Origin: an uncultured delta proteobacterium
GTDB taxonomy: Bacteria > Desulfobacterota > WTBG01 > CAIYCZ01
DNA: 64,000 bases
Assembly (NCBI GenBank): GCA_963803975.1
Contig: CAWDOY010000016.1
Location: 53,399 to 117,398, forward strand
Direction: 5' to 3'
Positions 59,584 through 64,000 of the stretch are shown here, piece by piece. The first letter of the stretch is position 1, and each line of letters opens with the position of its first letter. The notes below the pieces were generated by a model, which searched no databases, had not been told where the DNA came from, and saw only the letters and a list, made by a program, of their open reading frames with translations. The position numbers were made by a program, and so were the translations under genes.

Positions 59584-61325
59584 TACAGAATGTCTCCCGA
59601 GCTGAGGTCGCGCTGCACTTTCTGTATGATCAGCCGCAGACCGAAACTTGCCTTGCTGCTGATCCTGTCGAGCACGGGCAGTATCTGTGCCTTCTGCTCG
59701 TCTGAAAGGGTTATGACGCCTGAGCTGGCGGCTGCTTCGACAGCCGGCAGCAGGGTATCCAGCGCCGCGGCGGCATCCTCCTTAAGGCTTTCATCAGCGT
59801 TAATAATCGAGTTTACTTCACCGGCATTATAGTAGTACAGCCGGGTATAAAGCACGCCTTTAAGGCTGTGTCCCATTACGTTGTCGCGGAACGCGCGCAG
59901 GGTATCAAGCTCGCGGCTCTGCGCGCCCAGCACCTGGGTAGCGGGGCAGGGGCCGGCAGGCGTTGTTGTGGTTGTCGTCGGGATAGTGGTCGTGGTCGTA
60001 TTAGCCGGTACCGTGGTTGTGGTGGTTGGAACCGCCCGCGGTCCGTAGGTGGTCCAGGGCTTTCTGGTCCAGTCATCATCGGGATCCACTGCACCAATAT
60101 AATTGGTTGCCACAGATAAAGCTGTTGCCTGCAGGCGGTGCTGCGACAGGAACTGTACCATCCGCAGCCGGGGAACCGGCAGTTGGTCTGAAGTCAGGTT
60201 TCAGTACATCATAGGGATTGCCCAGCTTTGGGTCAACTTCCTTGTTGTTCTGCATGGTGTTTTTCATGAACTGCTCGGTGGTGAAAGGCAGGCTGCCTGT
60301 TTCCTTGTCGCTGGCATCAGTGTCGAAATTCGGGTTGTTGTTGAAAAAGATATTGTTGTCAACAACGAGGCCCCCATTTTGTGCCTGCGTGAAGGTTGCA
60401 AGGCTGTCAATATTGACGCCGGATTTTTTGAAACCCGTGACAATAGAGTTTCTTATGTTGCCTGCGGTGCCGCGGCGCAGGAGCATGCCATTGGTACTTC
60501 CTTCACCGAAGTCCGGATCACCGGCAAGGGTCATATTATACAAGGTAGGGTTAGAGCGGGGTTCTGCATCATTTGTTTTATCCAGGTTATCTGCTTCGAT
60601 ACCATTATCAGCCTCATCGCCAAGCTGCTGCATTACGATAAACTGGCCATTGCCGATCCATCCGTCAGTCCAGTCAAGCGAGTCATCACCGCAGGCGGTG
60701 ATAATGATGTTTTTTATATTGACCGTGCCGCCGAAAAACTCCACGCCGTCATCTTTACTGTACGCTACCTGAACATGGTCAACGGTGGTGCCCCTGCCAA
60801 CGCCCTGGAAAGCGATGCCGTTCAACTCGTTGTCCGGGCTGAATTGGATGCCGCCATACTCCACGCGAAAATAGCGCAGGGTTCCGCTGTTGTCATTTTC
60901 ATTACAGTCCGCACCTGAGCAGCCAAACGTGCCTGTATCGCCTTCGCCCTCTTTGGTACCACCCGGCACATTCAAGGTGGAATAGCCGTTAATGATAAGA
61001 CCACCATTGTCAGCGCGGGTACGTGAGTTGCCGGCTGATCACTGGTGTAAATCACCGGTTTGTCCTCAGTGCCAATAGCAATCAGCTTTGCGCCGCGATC
61101 GACAATCAGGGTGCCCAGAGTTGCTTTTTCACCAAAGACAGTTACGCCGGCATTGATCGTGAGGGTTGCGCCGGAGCGAACGAACACCGGGCCCTTTAAA
61201 AGCACATCCTCGGCCCAGGTGGTATTTGCGGTGATTTCACCTTCAACGGTCTGCACTGCAGCAGCCTGGCCGGCAAGCACGACTGCGAGCATAAGTGCCA
61301 TGATAAAAGTTACAAGTTTTTTCAT
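59583..61325 (-). CDS. Secreted beta-helix-type protein with Thr-rich linker and CFI-box-CTERM-like tail, two frameshifts
   Basis: GEIT.NTTW, GATLTI.AG, DNSGTLRY.RVEYGG, DDGVEFFGG, YIGAV; TTTT linker; C......LDTLRAFRD....G....RLYY. Confidence 0.75.
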
Positions 61326-61485
61326 AAAAAATTCTCCCTTCTGTTGTTACCTGTTTTGAATTTGCGATAGGTGGTGGAATAGTAATGAATTTTTGTGTAA
61401 TGAGCTGTTATCACCTCCCTTTCAAGTCTGGTTAGGGTTAGTAAATTCCCTCCCATTATGGGTCTATTCTTCGTATTGCGGCTGC

Positions 61486-64000
61486 CTACCACTTATAGGA
61501 TAGTCCCAGTTTAAAAGTTCTTCCCTCGCGGTAGGCCCACCAAATCTGGCCGCCCTGCGTGTATTTCACCGGTTCATCACTTATGTTCTGGACAACAAAG
61601 CGCAAATCCATGTTCTTATTGAGCTTCTTAATCACAACCAGGTCGAATCGTTCCGTTCTATCCTGAATAATGTCCGGCAGTCCCAGCCCCCCCACTGCGT
61701 ATACCCGGTCATCGGTAAACCGGTATGAGAACCGTGTGTCCAGACCCCAGTTGGGATTATTGAACTCAAGGGCAAGGTTTACCAGATTCTCGGGCTGACC
61801 CACCAGAGGGCGCGTCAGTGAGGTGGGGACAAACCCGGCACGCGGTTCAACCGTGGTTTCAGACTCACTGTATAAATAGCTTCCCCAGAGCGAGAAGTAC
61901 TGAAGCGCCGGGTTTATGAATCCCAGATTCTTTCGAAACTCAAGCTCTACGCCGCGCAGATACGCATCGGTCGCGTTGACATAGGACAGCCTGAGCTGGG
62001 TGGTGAGCTGGACGGTCGGCTCAATGGCATTTTCAATATCCTTATAGAAGACACTGCAAGCCAGGAGGTCGGTTTTATCGAAAAACCACTCGGCTCTGAA
62101 CTCATAGTTTTCTATATTTGCTACCTGCAGGTCCGGGTTACCCTTTATGGCGTATCCGCCGATGACATCGGTAAACTCAAACGGGGCCAGCTCATGGAAC
62201 TCCGGACGGTCAACGGTCTTGCTGTAGTTCAGCCGCAGATTTACGGTACTCAGCGCCGACTCGATCGGGCTGTATTTAAGCCCGTACGAAGGGCCACCAT
62301 TTTATCTTCTTTCAGGCAGGGTGGTTATGGTCTCGGAAGGTTTAAACAGATTAAAGGTAAGTACGTCGATAGAGTTGCGCTCAAACCTGCCGCCGGTGGT
62401 AAACTGGAACTTTTTGAAAAACGTCAAATCCAGTAACGCATACCCCGCAGCTATTGAGGCGGAGGCAATGTATGAGTCAGTGGGCCGGGTGGTTTCCGTG
62501 AGTTCTATTTCATAGGGATTGATGTTGGGGGGAACAAACAGTTCCTCCACCGGCGCGGTTGTATTAAGCTTGGTGACGTTGCGCTTGTCATAGGCAAACC
62601 TGCGGGATTGAAAATCGCGCTTGCGGTAGTTGTAGGCACCCCCTGTCTCGAAACTTTGGTACCAGCCATGACGGGCTTCCGGGCAGGGTAATGTTCCAGT
62701 CAAGGGATGCATCGTGCATGCGCTCGTCCTGGCTGGTCCACATGCGCAGGGGATTTTCAGTATCAGGGGCAAAATTAAATTCTTTTTTTTGGGAGTCATA
62801 TAAATACAGATAATCCCGCAGGTCAGGGTCATACAGGGTTGCCAGAGCATAGTTATAATGCCATTTGATTTTACTCTGCAGCAGGGACTCAATAGTGTGG
62901 TCTCCGGCAAGCTGTCCGGTATAGATCTGTTCTTCCAGCCAGCGCAGGCGCGTGCCCTGTATGTCTGTTGACTTGTCGCCGTTATAGCCGGTGTAAATAC
63001 GCGCTTCATCGGTTGCATTGCGGTCATAAAACTGGCTGATATAGAATTTGTGGTCCGGACTTATATCAAAACCGGTATTCAGCATCGCGCTTTCCTTGAT
63101 GTACTGCATCGACCGGTTGAACTTGTAGCTGTTTTGTGCCTGGAGTTCACCGGTAGCGCTGGTGGAATAGACATTCTGCTGTTCGTCCGGCCGGTTGGCA
63201 AATTCGTTTTTATATTGCAGGAAAAGGATGGCCCCCACCTGTTGAACCGGTTGCCCACATAAAAATTATAATCACCCCCGAGCGGGGCGCTTTTTTCGTA
63301 GGTGCTGTATATGTTGGGAAATGACTCGCCAAACCGCTCCAGCTCATTGGGCAAAAACCCCTCCTTGCCGATAACGCCCCTGCGCCGTACATTTTTGTCC
63401 GGGGAATTCGGGAAGGTCGCGCGTGCCGTCGTCGTACCCCAGCCAGTCTTTGGCGCCGCCGCGATAGGTGAGGTAATTCTTGAACGACGTCTCGGTATTG
63501 AAGATTGCCGTGGTGGAAAGCTTCATGGTGAACTTATCTGGGATCGCCCTGGTCTGGATCTGGCACAGGCCGCCGGCAAAATCTCCCGGCAGTTCGGAGA
63601 AAACGTCTTAACCACATTGATATACTCAACGATACCGGCAGGGAACAGATCAAGCGGAACTTCCAGTTCGTTGGGCCTGGTAGAGGGGAGTCTGAATTGT
63701 TCAGCGTGGTCACATTATACCGTTTTGGCATACCCGAACCTGCATGTATTGCCCTGTTCGACGACAACTCCCGGCATGCGGGTGAGAATTCCGGCAACAT
63801 CAGATTCGGGTAATTTCCCGGATGTGGTTACCCTGCCCCGCAGCCATGACGTCCATTATGTTTTTTGAAGCCTTCTGCCGGGCAAGCGCAACAATCGCGC
63901 TTGCCTGTTTTGCCTTGCCCACCACCTTCATATCTTCGATCTGCACGGTCGCAGGATTTGCCATGCTGACATTATGTGTTTTCACCCTGTCCGGGACGAC
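61486..64000 (-). CDS. TonB-dependent receptor, multiply frameshifted, N-terminus outside the window
   Basis: Plug-like pieces, SKTVDRPEF.ELAPF, GNPDL, FYKDIENAIE, C-terminal GLSYKW. Confidence 0.82.

Noticed and set aside
1..64000. CRISPR array, tRNA/rRNA, integron, prophage
   Set aside because: No regularly spaced repeat-spacer units, RNA gene signatures, integrase or phage genes found by eye

Overview
64 kb of bacterial chromosome. Gene content and repeat families suggest an anaerobic deltaproteobacterium (Desulfobacterota-like); this is inference. I found no rRNA, tRNA, CRISPR array, integrase or phage genes. The left half holds the end of the ribosomal protein operon (rplQ), cobB, an extended czcCBA-type metal efflux operon, an Fe-S/sulfur gene group with a candidate selenoprotein, an orphan FrhB-like gene, an MgtE_N-CorA fusion behind a leader-peptide attenuator, menG/ubiE, and a toxin-antitoxin islet bounded by direct repeats. 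The right half (about 26.6-64 kb) is a large phosphate-economy region. It contains a polyphosphate-linked cluster (ppx, HhH protein, two thymidylate-kinase-like paralogs, standalone HD, CYTH-CHAD), porin-pstSCAB-phoU, a NadD-like gene, PiT, phoBR, a methyltransferase-PSD-PHP/GT4 operon, a secreted PHP phosphoesterase, and a TonB receptor with a secreted beta-helix-type protein. Five promoters there carry 11-bp-periodic TT(A/C)A(C/T)A repeats that look like Pho boxes. About a dozen genes carry small frameshifts, most likely long-read indel errors. The best novelty candidates are the putative Pho-regulated lipid-remodelling operon, the twin TMK-like polyP module, the MgtL-like attenuator and the UGA+SECIS FmdB protein. 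All family calls come from motif recognition, not from database searches.
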